From contig NC_043022.1 in assembly GCF_006345805.1 (NCBI RefSeq), positions 21,700,001 through 21,764,000 on the forward strand: a stretch of DNA of 64,000 bases, written 5' to 3'. The stretch comes from Octopus sinensis (lineage: Eukaryota). Under the pieces are notes generated by a model, which was given only the letters and a program-made list of their open reading frames with translations, made no database searches and had not been told where the DNA came from. Position numbers and translations under genes: made by a program. This document shows positions 36,731 through 50,530 of this stretch, in pieces (position 1 is the stretch's first letter; each line of letters begins with the position of its first letter).

Positions 36731-37279
36731 ATACACACACAACACACACACACAAATGGTTGTGTGCGTGTTTAAGAATTCCGACATGTTTAGTGTTTGT
36801 ATTTACGAATTCATAGTTATATGTTAACGCCAAGTCATTCTTGAATGAGCAGGCGTATTGTAATAATAATAATAATAATAATGATAATAGTAACAACAAC
36901 AACAACAAAAATAAAGCATTCTGGCCACGACCATCCCGTCGTTCCAGGAGTATTTGGTAATAAATTATCAAATGTGTCGTTCCTTATCGCAGACAGCGCG
37001 AATCAGATGCGAGGGAAATTTGGTGCGATTGCGACCACGTACATATGCTTGTATATATGTTTGGTGTTTTGCAGAATTCATAGATGAGTGTATATATGTT
37101 GTGTGTGTGTATGTATGTGTGCGTGTGTGCATATAAGAATCCATACATACATACATACATACATACATGCATACATACATACATACACACATACATACAT
37201 ACACATACATACATACATACATACATACAAAGACATATAGGGGTGTGTATAGAACAATCCATACACGTGTTTGGTTTCA

Positions 37280-37319
<40 letters not shown>

Positions 37320-39219
37320 TTATAGGGATAGAAGAAACCATGCAGGTGTACATATATGTGCTTGACGGGTGTATTTAAGAACCCATACATATGTTTATGT
37401 TTGGGTATATGTATATAAGAACCAATGCACGTGCACGGGTATGTGTGTGAGTATGTATATATATATATATATATGATTGATTAATCAATTTTAATCGGCA
37501 GAAATTATAAAACTGGTCAAAAAGATGAGCTTCGTGCATGGCCCTTATTAACTAACACTCGAGTCATTTCGTAACATCGTCTCCCGATCAAATATATTTG
37601 CAATGTTTGTGTGTGTGTGTTTGGTGTATTTAAAAATCCAATATACATTTATATAGCTTCCCATGTGTATTTATAATAAGTATCCGTATACATGCACGTA
37701 TAAAGTGGCGAGTATACCGAAGTATCCATACGCATGTATGTATGTATATATGCTTGGTCAGTGGAAAATCCTATACACATGTATGTTTGGTGTGCATGCA
37801 TAATGTATTCGGATATAAAATCTTTACACATGTGTGTATATAGTCGGTGTACATGTGTGCTTAAGAACTAATACACACGTGTTTGTGTGTATGTGTGTGC
37901 GTGATTCTTTAGACAGGTGTATATAGATTTGGTGTATATATTTGATGTGTCTATGTAAGAACCCAGACGTGTGTATATATATGATCAGAGTACGTATAAA
38001 GAATCTATTTACATGTATGATCGTGTTTGGTGAGTGAACATAGATGTTTGAAGCGTATATTTATATCTATACATGTAATACATTTGGTGTGTGTGTGTAT
38101 ATATAAATCCAAATACGTTTTATACGCTTCGTATGCCTGCTGTGTATATATTTAAGAAACCATACATATGCATGTGTGTATGATTCATATACCTTCAGCG
38201 TATGTATCACATAGATATAATGTTGTTCTAGTTATTTAACCCTAGGTCATCGCTGAAACTGCGTCCTTATTTAAAACGATGGGGATATGATTTAATGGAG
38301 ATTTGGCTGCTATTTCTAGCATGTTTGGGCGATAGAGAAGCTTGCTTCTGGCCGATCTGTATATGTTTGGTGCGTGTTTAAGAAACCAAACACATGTAAG
38401 TGTACCATGTTTTTGTGTGTATTTTGCGTTAGCACAGACTATAGGCAAATGTGTGTAGATAAGTTGGAGGCCTGTGTGTATATATATATATCTATATATA
38501 ACTATATATATAGATATATACACATCATACATACGTACAAGTAAATAGACGAGCGGATGTGCGCACGCGAGTGTGTAATGTACATTATCAGCGCGTGTGT
38601 GTAGAGCACATTTGTATGTAAATATATGAATGCTAAGGTGGAAATCACAAATTCGGTCACCTCGTGCATGTCATCATGTTGAGAATTATGTGTGCATCAC
38701 TTTCGAAGAAACTCTTCTCATTTTTTTATTTACACACACATACACAAAATCACTACGTTTAGTCTCTCTGCCTTTCTCTCTCTCTCTCTCTCTTTCTATT
38801 TCTCACTCTCAGTTTCTATCTCTCACTTTTTCTCAGCCTCTCTCTCTCTGTGCTTCTATCCTTCCATCTATCTATCACCTCTCTCTTCTCTAATAGTCTC
38901 TTACTCTCACTTTTCCCTTGAACCGAACCTTATTTTTTTATTTTCGCTCTACCTTACGATCATGTTTTAAGAATAAAATCTCTGATCCGTATGATTTTTG
39001 ACCAAATATTTCAATAAGATATTACCTTGAGGTGTCCCGCTCATTGCCAGTTCACTTGAATAAACGTTTGGTAGTGATTAAAATAGTTAAAAATCAACGA
39101 ATTCGTAGAGCTTTCAGCGTGTACACACCACAACTACCGCCATGATATACCAATGGCGGATGAGAAGGGGAAATCAAGTCAGCACCAAAGATAATAAATG
39201 TTTTGGTTTACGTTTCACT

Positions 39220-40939
39220 CTCTCTACCTATCTATTTCTCTTTATTTACCTCTCTCACTCTCTAAGTATCTATCTATCATTATTTCTCTCTCTCTATTTA
39301 TCCATCTTTCTTCATTTTCGCTCCCTCTCTCTCTCTCTGTCTCTCTCTTTCTCTTTCTCTCACTCTGCGTATCGATCACATTTGTTTCTCTATCAATCTT
39401 CATTTCTCCATCTATCTTTATTTCTCTTCTCTCTATATATTCATTCATCTATCATTATTTCTCTCTCTTTATCCATTTACCAATCATTATTTCTCTCTCT
39501 CTCTCTTTATCCATCTACCTATCATTATTTCTCTCTCTCTCTCTTTATCCATCTACCTATCATTATTCACTCTCTCTCTATCTTTATCCATCTACCTATC
39601 ATTATTTCACTCTTTCTCTCTATATCCATCTACCTATCATTATTTCACTCTCTTTCTCTCTATATCCATCTACCTATCATTATTTCACTCTCTTTCTCTC
39701 TATATCCATCTACTTATCATTACTTCTCTCTTTGTCCCTCTCTATCTATATCTACCTATCTATATTTTATCTCTCTACTTAACTCTTTTTCTTTCACTTT
39801 CAATTTATTCCTGTTTCTTTCCTTTCCTCTTTTTTTCGTTTTCTCCACGAACCTGTATTTTCCCCCCTCTCTCTATTTCATTCTTACTCTCTTTCTATCA
39901 ATGTATAAATTTATGCCTAGTTCTTCCTCTTTTTATTTCAGTTTTTAAATCCCTTTCGAGCTTCCTCCTCTCTCTCTCCTCTCTTTCTCTCTATCATACT
40001 TCTTCCAGTTTATCATTTATACCTTTCCTCTCACATTTTATCTTTCTATCTTAATGTTACTCTCTATTTCTCTTTTCATCTCTTTCTCTCTCTCTATCTT
40101 TCGCTTTTCATTTCTATCTCTCTCTCTGTCTTTCTCTTTTCATCTCTCTACTCTCTCTCTGTCTTTCTCTTTTCATCTCTCTCTCTCTCTCTCTGTCTTT
40201 CTCTTTTCATCTCTCTATCTCTCTGTCTTTCGCTTTTCATTTCTATTTCTCTCTCTCTGTGTCTTTCTCTTTTCATCTCTCTCTCTCTCTCTTTCTTTCC
40301 TTTTGTATTTTTCTTCTGTTTATTCTTCTTTCTATTTCTCTCTTTCCCCCATTCATGTCACTCTACATCACTTTTTCCCATCTATTCTGTCTCTTTCTCT
40401 CGCTCTCTACCACATGTCTTCACTCTATTCCACAAATTTCCATACCATATCTTTTCTCTGTCTTTCCCTCTCACGCCTTTATACTTTCTTTACAGTTTCC
40501 ATCATACTTTCTTGTATATATCCATTTTTCTTCTCTTTTTCACACTTTTTCTCTCTTTCCTTCTAGTATACCACTATCCTCTTTCTCTCTTTTTCTCTCT
40601 CTCTCTCTCTTTCTCTTTCTCTCTCTCTCTCATTCTCTCATTCCACACACGCTCACCCTTATATATCACTATTTCTTCTTGCATAATTCTCTCTTTCTTT
40701 ATCGCTATCCTTATTTTCACTATCTCCCTCTTTCACCATCTACCTCTTTCACTATCTCCCTCTTTCACTATTGCCTCTTGTTTCTTCCTTTTGGAATAGC
40801 TTCCTCTTTCTCGTCTATCTTTCTTCCTCTCTTTTTCTATCTTTCTTTCACTTATACTTCGTTTGACTTATTCCTCTATAATATACACTATATTCAAACT
40901 CATTACCTCTCTTTTGTTCAACTACTCCTCGACTTCCTA

Positions 40940-40990
<51 letters not shown>
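39220..40990. repeat. CT-rich low-complexity region with ~40-bp minisatellite units
   Basis: tatccatctacctatcattatttcactctctttctctcta repeats at 39470-39730; tttctcttttcatctctc repeats at 40080-40290. Confidence 0.9.
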
Positions 40991-41094
40991 ACTATATACA
41001 TTTATATATATATATGTTTGTATTTGTGTGCATGAATGGATAGATGTTTATACATGCATGTGTGTGTTTGCATGTAAACACGTGTGAACGAGAG

Positions 41095-41510
<416 letters not shown>

Positions 41511-41619
41511 ATATTGTGTGTGTGTATGATTCCGCCGAAAAATGTGTGTATGATACACAAACGTATTCATGCACATACATATTGCATCGTGTATTCCTTG
41601 TCTATCATTCGGTTTTGTA

Positions 41620-41679
41620 GCTCTCTATCTATCTATCTATCTACGTATCTATCTATTTCTCTATCTGTCTATCTATCTT

Positions 41680-41722
<43 letters not shown>

Positions 41723-41850
41723 CTCTATTTGTCTCTCTATCTGTCTATCTATCTACCTATCTTTCTTTCTCTCTATCTATCTATCTGTCTATCTATCTAT
41801 CTACCTATCTTTCTATCTATCTATCTATCTGTCCAGCTGTCTGTCTATGT
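41620..41850. repeat. (CTAT)n tract
   Basis: Directly visible. Confidence 0.95.
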
Positions 41851-42221
41851 CTGCTTACATTTTCTTGTAAGACACTGTTACCGAGGTGCTGGCTCCTCCC
41901 CCACCTTACGTCATAATCTCTCACTCTTTCTCTCTTACTCTCTCTCTCTCTCTCTCTTTTTCTCCCTCTCGTTCCTCTATTCTCACTTTCATTTTGATTT
42001 TCGAATGTCTTTTACGCACATACATACACCGTTTCCTCCCCTTCATTACCTGACACTCGTTCTTTGCTGTATCTCTCCCTCTTTCTCACTCCTTCTCTGT
42101 GTCTCTCCCTCTCCTCTCTCTCTCTCACCCTTACACATACCCCGCAACCACTCATCGACTAAGCAGACGACAAGTGAAAAAAACAATGTGCGTTTGTATA
42201 CAGATAGATATGTGTGAGTGC

Positions 42222-42257
<36 letters not shown>

Positions 42258-42503
42258 GCAAGCACACACATATATACATGCATACATATATAATATATAT
42301 ATATATATATACATATACACATATATTTATAAATATACATATATCATATATATATATATATATATATATACATATTTATATATATATACGTACTTATATA
42401 TGTATATATCGTCTTCTAAATGTTTCACGTTCTTGTCCCAGTTTGTATTTTTTACATTTACATATATATATATGTGTATATATATATATATGTGTGTGTG
42501 TGT

Positions 42504-42559
<56 letters not shown>

Positions 42560-42619
42560 ATATATACACACATGTACATACATATATATTTACATATATA
42601 TATATAAGTATATGTATAG

Positions 42620-42790
42620 TTGGAATTTACAAAAAAAAAACAATAGACAAAGACGGGTGTGTAAACAACGAAAGATGTATTAGTTTGACACTTGGGAAGT
42701 GAGAAAGTCTTTTACATTTCGAGCCTACGCTCTTCAACAGAAAGGAACAGAAATAAATAGAGAGAAAATAGAAAAAAGTTTAGTGGCTAT
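42620..42790 (-). mobile_element. PLE-terminal-repeat-like element with minimal hammerhead-like motif
   Basis: At 42709-42744 the reverse strand reads CUUU-CUGUUGA-A-GAGC(GUAG)GCUC-GAAA-UG-UA-AAAG; adjacent to (TA)n. Confidence 0.5.
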
Positions 42791-42954
42791 ATATATACAT
42801 ATAAATGTATGTATATATACACACATATACATTTTACATATTTACATATATATATACATACATACACACGTATGTTCACGTATATATACGTATATATTTA
42901 CATATATATATACATATATATATATACATATATATACGTATGTACATATATATT

Positions 42955-43135
42955 TCTCTATTGCCCACAAGGGGCTACACACAGAGGGGACAAACAAGGC
43001 CAGACGAACGGATTAAGTCGATTACAGCGACCCCAGTACGTAACTGGTACTTAATTTATCGACACCGAAAGGATGAAAGGCAAAGTCGACCTCGGCGGAA
43101 TTTGAACTCAGAACGCTTCTGCCAGCTCGCCGCCT
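42955..43135 (-). mobile_element. SINE family B (internally deleted)
   Basis: Matches the family B consensus. Confidence 0.85.
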
Positions 43136-43278
43136 TAATACGTATATATATATGTATATATATACGTGTGTATATATACGTATGTACATATATATATATA
43201 TGTATGTATATGTATGTATGTATGTGTATATATATGTATATATTTGTATGTATGTGCATATATATGTATATGTATGTA

Positions 43279-43361
<83 letters not shown>

Positions 43362-44109
43362 TATACATATGGTGGTTGTCTACTCTTTATGCAGAGTTTA
43401 CCATCTCTTGTACTTACACTTTAGATTATCATGGCATCTGATATATGTATACATACATACATACATACATACATACATACATACATACATACATACATAC
43501 ATACATACATACATACATACATACATACATACATACATTTTGAGCAGAAATATTAGTTAAAATAGATGTATGCCAAGATAACATTTCGCAGGATAGGTTT
43601 TCTCAAGCCTCCGCGGAAAACGAAGCAAAATGCCGCAACAAAAGCTACCCAAACACGTCAGGTTTTGTTTCAAAACTGCGGGACATATTTCATGAAACGA
43701 ATTCTGATGCCAGAAGCTTTCGGTATACTTAAACTACAGATTTTCTAGTTGTCGTTGGTGTCGACAATTGAGTGTTTAACGTTCCTGAATGTAACGAAGT
43801 ACCTATTATCATGTTTGGATATATGTAACAAAGAATGGGCCGAAACAAGAATGTGAGAGTTACCTTTTTTGGGCGGTGATTTGTTTGAAGAATTTGCTAA
43901 AGTTTACTAGAACTTGAAGAAGATAGGGTACCCCTTAAAAAGTTGTATTCTTTTTGGATTCACCCGTATGCTGGCTGATATGTATGCCAAAACAAAGTCA
44001 GACAGGAAGCCCAAGATATATGTATCAGAGGATACAGGATGCCATGACCTATGTGCGTAATTATGGACGTCGAACCCAAATTGCTACCCACAGTGCTATA
44101 CACGAAAAG

Positions 44110-44111
<2 letters not shown>

Positions 44112-44194
<83 letters not shown>
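44112..44194. repeat. (TG)n microsatellite
   Basis: Directly visible. Confidence 0.98.
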
Positions 44195-44196
<2 letters not shown>

Positions 44197-45319
44197 ATCA
44201 AAAGGGAAATTTGTCTTTCTTTTTGTCTTGATGTTTCTACAATAATTGGCAAAACACTTCACACTAATCTGTTACATGCCAAAGTGTGTCAACAGAAAAA
44301 AAAACAGCTTTGACTGTTGCTTTTTCATGTGCAAGATACAACTTTACCTCCAAGAGGAAAAACAGCCCACTCTACCTTCAAATTGCCATTGCGCTTAGCT
44401 AACAACGATACATTAGTTTGTATAATATCAAGGAGGGACAGGTATTAAAGAGATATCATCTCATTATCATCATCATCAATGATATTAATACGCTAACTTT
44501 TTGTTTTTGTATGTACCTGTTATGTGCATCACACTTGCTTCAAAGAAGTGGCAAAGTGACAGAGAGGAAGTAAGAGAGAAGGTGAGAGAGAGTGAAAGAG
44601 GCAGTGAGTGGTGACGGCGTTCGTTTTGTGTTTTTAAATGTTTATCACATCGCAAGGGAAGTAGATATATAGATACATATACACATCAAAAGATAATATA
44701 CAAATCAAAAGCAGGAGAGAAGAGGGACACAAAGGAAGTGAAAGAGGCAGAGAGAAAGTGAGAGAGACAGTAGATACATAAATCCAAAGTAAAGTTCATA
44801 CATAAATACATACACACAGCAAATATTGGATGTCTATTTCACTTTTCATTACCACACGAGGATAAAATTAACTCGCAACTAGCTGAGTACTCCGCAGACA
44901 TGCATAACATTAACATAGTTCTCAGGGAGATTCAGCCTCACACAGAATATGACAAGGCTGGCCCCTTTGAATTACAGCTACAACTCGAGACATATATATA
45001 AATGAATGTATTTGTGTATGGTATAGTTTAAGTTAGTTAAAACATGTTTGCAATAATAAGTGTTGCGTGGTGGAAATAAATACAATTACCAAACTTTCAT
45101 TTGTAAATCAATTTATTATTTCGTTCTTTTGCATTTCAATTTGTACATTAAGGTTCTTTGAATATGTATGATGTATTTTAAGGTTAAATAGTGATTTTGT
45201 TTACGTTTGTGTAACTGAAATATTTTGGTTGGATTATAAAGTCATTGGTGTTTTACATTACCCTCTATATTCTGTAACTGTTTCAATATACTTTTCTAGG
45301 CCTGTATTTTTTGTAGGGA

Positions 45320-45430
45320 GGGTCCAGATGATTATATCGACCACAGTACACAACTGATACTTAGTTTATTGACCCCGAAAGGACGAAAGGCAAAGTTGAT
45401 CTCAGCAGAATTTGAACTCAGAACATAAAG
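45320..45430 (-). mobile_element. SINE family B, partial
   Basis: gaccccgaaaggacgaaaggcaaag...gaactcagaac. Confidence 0.8.
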
Positions 45431-46840
45431 ACAGCCAATCATAATATACAAACATTTCTCATGGTACCAGTAGCCTGTTTACAGATACTTGCATTTTTTA
45501 TGTTTTCCATAAATTTTTCAAGGGTCCAGCTAGTTTGATATGAATGCACAATGGTGAACAAAAAGCCTTTGAAATTTCTGAATTGAAGGTAACAAGATTT
45601 AAGAAATTCTGAAGTTAATGAATGGTGCTGTTACCCTTGTACTATTAGGAGACTGTCTCCAGATTTTGCCTGTAATTCCAAAGGACATGAGAAAGGTGAG
45701 TTAAAAGCTTACTTATCTTATTTGCGAAGACAAGTAACAAAAATGAACCTAACCTTTTGAGCGATGATTCCACTAAAGAATTTGTTAAAAATTTATTGAA
45801 AGTAGAGTACCTCATGATAAAAATTATTGTTTAATTACATCTCTAATTAGCACATCACTTCAATGTTCGATGAAATAACAGCAAGAATATTTCCAGAATT
45901 TTGGAACCACGAGCAAAACCATTCATACTTATATAAAGGTCAATACTTGAACTAAAAATATCACTGTCAACAGCATAAACAATAAGCTATTGGATTGCAT
46001 TTCAGGAAATAAGTACACTTGAATATTTATGGATTCACTTCCAGATATTGTAGAGACTACTAACTATGCTATCGAATTCTTAAATTCTTTAGAACCACCT
46101 GGGCTTCCACATCAACTTCTATTAAAAGTATTTAACAGCTGAAAGTTGAGTTGGTAGATAAAGCTGGTTTGAGTAAGGCTGTGTGTATAGCTAAAGGAAG
46201 AAAAAGAAACCAGGATTAAATGCGTCGATTTATTCAACCCGTTAAAAAGTGTTAAGACAGCAAAACTGTAGAGATACATCTTGAAGGAACGATCAGAATA
46301 TATACACAATGATGATGTATGCTGGATAAAACATGAAAAACACATACAAGACATAACTTCTACTGGAGGACAGGAGCAATGTATGCGTTAAAGGAATGGC
46401 TGAGGCTGCATGCAGAATAAAACTTTCTCTCTGCTGAAGATCCGAGCTCCACCGCACAACCCCCCTCACTGAGGAAATAGTGGGAAAAGCTTCCTTATAT
46501 AGCTAAGGAAAGCATGCTTTGCTGGTCTGTCACATGATGGGGTGGAACAGCCCGTGTAAAACTAGAGGGACTTGACCAGCGCATGAGGAACCAAAATGTG
46601 GGTACTTAAAGGTAAAGAGCCAAACTGTGAAGATGCTTGCTTCAAGTAGAAGCCATATTCATACTACTACAGAACCATGAACATCCTCGGCTGTATAAGG
46701 ACACTGGACAGTGGTTAAAAATTTAAAGCTGTTATTTTGATTGGTTGTTTTATTGGGGGAAATGATTTTATGTAGCAGATTCGAAACCGAATCGCTGAAT
46801 GGCTGAGTAGGTGTCACCGTATAGTCATAGTCATTTGACA

Positions 46841-46950
46841 TGATTGGCCAATTAACTAACCAATCAGCATTGAGCCGTCACATGTTTCTACCTTCTAGAA
46901 CTTTCTGATGAGGCTTATAAATATAAGCGAATTTTGGGTGTTAATTTCAG
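46841..46950 (+). promoter_or_regulatory. Candidate Pol II promoter: CCAAT boxes, heat-shock element and TATA box
   Basis: ATTGG at 46843, CCAAT at 46848, aaCCAATcag at 46860, TTC-ta-GAA-ct-TTC at 46893-46905, TATAAATA at 46916-46923 and TCAG about 31-34 nt downstream. Confidence 0.45.
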
Positions 46951-47354
46951 AATGTTGAGGTGTTTGCGGTGACAACTCCATTCTCCAGTCGTTTGCAGAT
47001 ACAGAATGCCAAACAGTTATTTCAACAACTTCATTCTCATATTTTCATTCTCCCGCCAATCCAATAAAAGGTACAGATTTGCCGTCATGAATTTAACACA
47101 TTTCTCCAGTCGTAAAAGCATAGTCACAGAGCTATACATACCAACCATTTTGTCATAGACTACAGAGTTAGTCTCTCCCAATGTGTATAAACTGTTGCTT
47201 GCATTCTTCATTCACAAACCAACAAGGAAAATGCTATGTGCAGTAATTAAATTTCTGTTAATTGTTCGTAAGTGTTGTTCATTATATACATGCAACCAAC
47301 AACCCAACACAACCACAATAAAAGAAACACATCCAAAACACTCAAAATATTCTT

Positions 47355-47610
47355 GGGCATGTCCGTGCCGGTGGCATGTAAAAGCACCAGCTGATACGTG
47401 GCTGTTGCCAGTCTCTCCTGGCATCTGTGCCGGTGGCACGTAAAAAGCACCCACTACACTCACGGTGTGATTGGCGTTAGGAAGGGCATCCAGCTGTAGA
47501 AACATTGCCAGATTAGACTGGAGCCTGGTGCAGCCTCCTGGCTTCCCAGACCCCGGTCGAACTGTCCAACCCATGCTAGCATGGAAAACGGATGTTAAAC
47601 AATGATGATG
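47355..47610 (+). mobile_element. RTE-LINE 3' end (family D)
   Basis: Ends in an atgatgatg tail. Confidence 0.8.
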
Positions 47611-48399
47611 TATTTAAAAGGCTACAGCTTCCACAAAAACTCAGCTTTTGCTATAGCTATAATTGTCCGGAACAAACTATCTGTTCTTGAGCTACAACTT
47701 AAAGAACATTGCTTTCCTCATAGGTGTCGCAAGGTTGTTTGGTCATCATGTTGTGGTGGTTGTTGGTGTATGTTGTATTGATGAAGACCATCGTCGTGTG
47801 GTCTAGCTAGCTGCATGTATAATACAAGAAGCACCTCACCAACTTTTAACATATTTATTACTGCACATGATTTGCTACGTTGGCTGTTTACGAAAGGAAG
47901 CTGCTGATAATATAACCACTGACTGGGAGGGGGAAATCGCGTTGGGTCTTGTAAAGGCTAGCTGGGTATATTATGTGTGAGTGTCTGAAGCAGTTTCTGG
48001 TTCAAAGTGGTTTCTGGTCTCAGCGATCTGCCCTCTGTGAGTGCCCAAGGTAGTCTATGTGAATGCCCAAGACTAGCTGACTAAATTAGGTGCCAAACGG
48101 GTTTTTGTATGGTAAAAGAAGGAGAATTTGAGATCATCCGAGGAGCTATATCACGTCACAGCTTCACGCAGATTGGTCGATGCACAGATCAATCAGGTGA
48201 AACTGTGGAGGTTTACTCATGATCCTTAAATGAATATCTGTGATTAGAGTTTGAATCCCTACAGGAATCTCCACCAGTTGATGTGCGGTGTAAACGAAAG
48301 GAAGAGAATGACAGAATAGTGAAATTATATCCAATACAATATATCAACACAAGCGCAAAGAAAAAGAAGAAAGCATTGAACACAGAATAAATGCTGAAA

Positions 48400-48800
48400 T
48401 AAAGTTCACATAAAAATGATTAAGCAATAAGTTTGTAAGATATGAATACAGGATAATGCGTCTGCAGCAGAATATTCAGCATCTTTGATATGACAAATAT
48501 ATACAATAAACTGTGAAATATATTCGAGGTGTTTAATGTCTCTTGGGGAATATTTATCTGTTTTGGATTGCAATGCATAGGTTAATGGCTTATAATCAGT
48601 ATAAATGGTGATGGTTCTTCCTTCCAAGAAATAGTGAAAGTGCTTTACTGAGAAATAAGCTGCTAATAACTCTCGTCCGAAAATACTGCATCTTGCTTCG
48701 GATGACTTGAAAAGCAATGAAAAAAAATAAGTGGTTGCCAGAAATTTTGGACAAACTGGTGCAGTACTCCTTCGATTCCTACGTCAGATGCATCTATGAT
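48400..48800 (-). pseudogene. Gypsy RNase H remnant
   Basis: RELLAAYFSVKHFHYFLEGRTITIYTDYKPLTYAL..YSAADALS. Confidence 0.9.
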
Positions 48801-48954
48801 TAGTAAAAGGAGTGCATCATCTGGTATTTGATGGGCTAGCTAGATAATTCTAAATTTTTCTTTAATGCCATTGAAAGACTGTAATTCTTTTGGAGTTTAA
48901 GAAATAGTTTCAGTTTCTGATTACGATTACACAATGATTTTGTTAGTGGATATA

Positions 48955-49497
48955 CAGGGTGTCCCCAAAAAATTGACATCATTTGAAATGTGAATATCTG
49001 AGTAATATATGTCCCAGGCAAACGAAAATAAATAGGCTTCATGTTGAACAATAAAATATATATTTATTTAAATTCAAACAAGAGATTCAGAAGAATGTAG
49101 ATTTCATAACCGATTTCACAGAACTTCACAAATTTTCAATATGCACACCGCTTTTGACGTGACACATGTCAAATCGGTCATCCAGCTCCTGCCAAACATG
49201 TCTTGCATAACATTCTCCAGTACCTCAATGACTCTCTGCTTGAATTCCTCCAGGCTTATAGGAAGAGTGGGAGTATAGACCAGTCCTTTCACATAGCCCC
49301 GTAAAGGAAAATCACGAGGTCACAAATCAAGTGAACGTGGTGGCCATTTCAACAGCACATTGTCATTATCACTGGTATATCTGATCTAAACTTGAATTGT
49401 TTTTACACATTTTGTAAAAATTTGGGATCATTTGATCAAGAATTGGCTGCTATGTTATTAGACTCCGAAATGATGTCAATTTTGGGCGGGGATCCTA
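48955..49497 (-). mobile_element. Tc1/mariner-type deletion derivative inserted in Gypsy pol
   Basis: ITR CAGGGTGTCCCCAAAAAATTGACATCATT after TA, with a degenerate counterpart at ~49468-49497; the minus strand encodes KWPPRSLDL..GYVKGLVY. Confidence 0.75.
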
Positions 49498-49559
49498 TAT
49501 ATAGACTCTTTACAATGCGGGATAAATTGTCTATAGAAGTTAATAAGACCGAGAAATTC

Positions 49560-50340
49560 TTCTTACTTCCTCAATGATGTAGGAGCAGGAATATTTGTAA
49601 TCGCATCAACTTTTTCCTTCAACGGACGAATTCCTTCTTTTAAATAATATGTCCCCAAAACGTGATAGAAGAAGCACCAAAACACATTTACTGGAGTTAA
49701 TGATGACACCATACTATGACAACCTAATAAAAAAAATTGTTTGAAATGCCGTTCACGCTGCTCTTCTAGAGGACTGGTAATCAACATGAAGTCGATATAG
49801 GCAAACAAAAAGCCTAAACCACGAGTGACTTCATCAATAAATCTCTGGAAAGTATTGGCAGCATTTCTAAAACCAAAAGGTATTTTAAGAAATTCGAAAA
49901 GTCCGAAAGGAGCAGTTATAGCGGTTTTAGGGGCATCAGATTATAGGCACGTACTAAATCAATTTTCGAAAAAAGCAGAACAACTATGTAAAGAAGCTGA
50001 GAAAACATGAATTGGATATTTATCAGGAATAGTTTTTAGCATTCATTAATCTGTCGTCTCCACAGGGGCACCAATGTACCTCAGTTTTCTTGGGAACCGT
50101 ATGCCGTGGAGAAGACTAATTACTTCAGGAAGTTCAAGTTATTCCGAGCTCCATGTGGTTAAATTTGTTCCATGCTATTTTTAGTTTGTCAGTAGTGAGT
50201 CGTCTAGGTTGAGATGATATCCTCACTAAGGAGATCCTTTAGTGGTGATATGATACGTAACAGAATTATCAGGATTCCTATAATTAAAAATGGTGTGAGT
50301 AATGTCTGGAAATTTTCTAAGAATTGTGTGGTAATGATTA
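49560..50340 (-). pseudogene. Gypsy reverse transcriptase remnant
   Basis: SSPRHTVPKK..PCGDDR..KIDLVRAY..PKTAITAPFGLFEFLKIPFGFRNAANTFQRFIDEV..FAYIDF (YIDD box mutated). Confidence 0.9.
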
Positions 50341-50530
50341 GATGCAGGAGTGGCTGTATGGTAAAAGAAGGAGAATTTTAGATCATCCGAGGAGCTATAT
50401 CACGTTACAGCTTCATGCAGATTGGTCGATGCACAGATCAATCAGGTGAAACTGTGGAGGCTTACTCATGATCCTTAAATGGTACTTATTTAATCAACTT
50501 ATTTAATCAAAAGATAAGTAGCTTGCATAA

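Larger units (their letters stand above)
43770..47810 (+). mobile_element. Fragmented autonomous-type Helitron (Rep plus PIF1 helicase)
   Basis: Collinear motifs: VFNVPECNEVPIIMFG (43772); TGSPRYMYQRIQDAMTYVRNYGR (Rep, ~44000); LDVSTIIGKTLHTNLL..GKTAHSTFKLPL (44225-44400); ECTMVNKK..LLGDCLQILPVIPKG (45540-45690); TNYAIEFLNSLEPPGLPHQLLLK (46060-46130); FKRLQLP (47612). A hairpin plus CTAG lies at 47785-47810. Confidence 0.85.

Noticed and set aside
39136-39160. CCGCCAT/ATGGCGG hairpin
   Set aside because: A 7-bp stem is expected by chance in 64 kb and has no supporting context.
46905-46960. CTGATGA-hairpin-GAA hammerhead-like motif
   Set aside because: GAAT replaces GAAA, so the A15.1-U16.1 pair is missing, and stem I is not convincing; the hairpin overlaps the TATA box.
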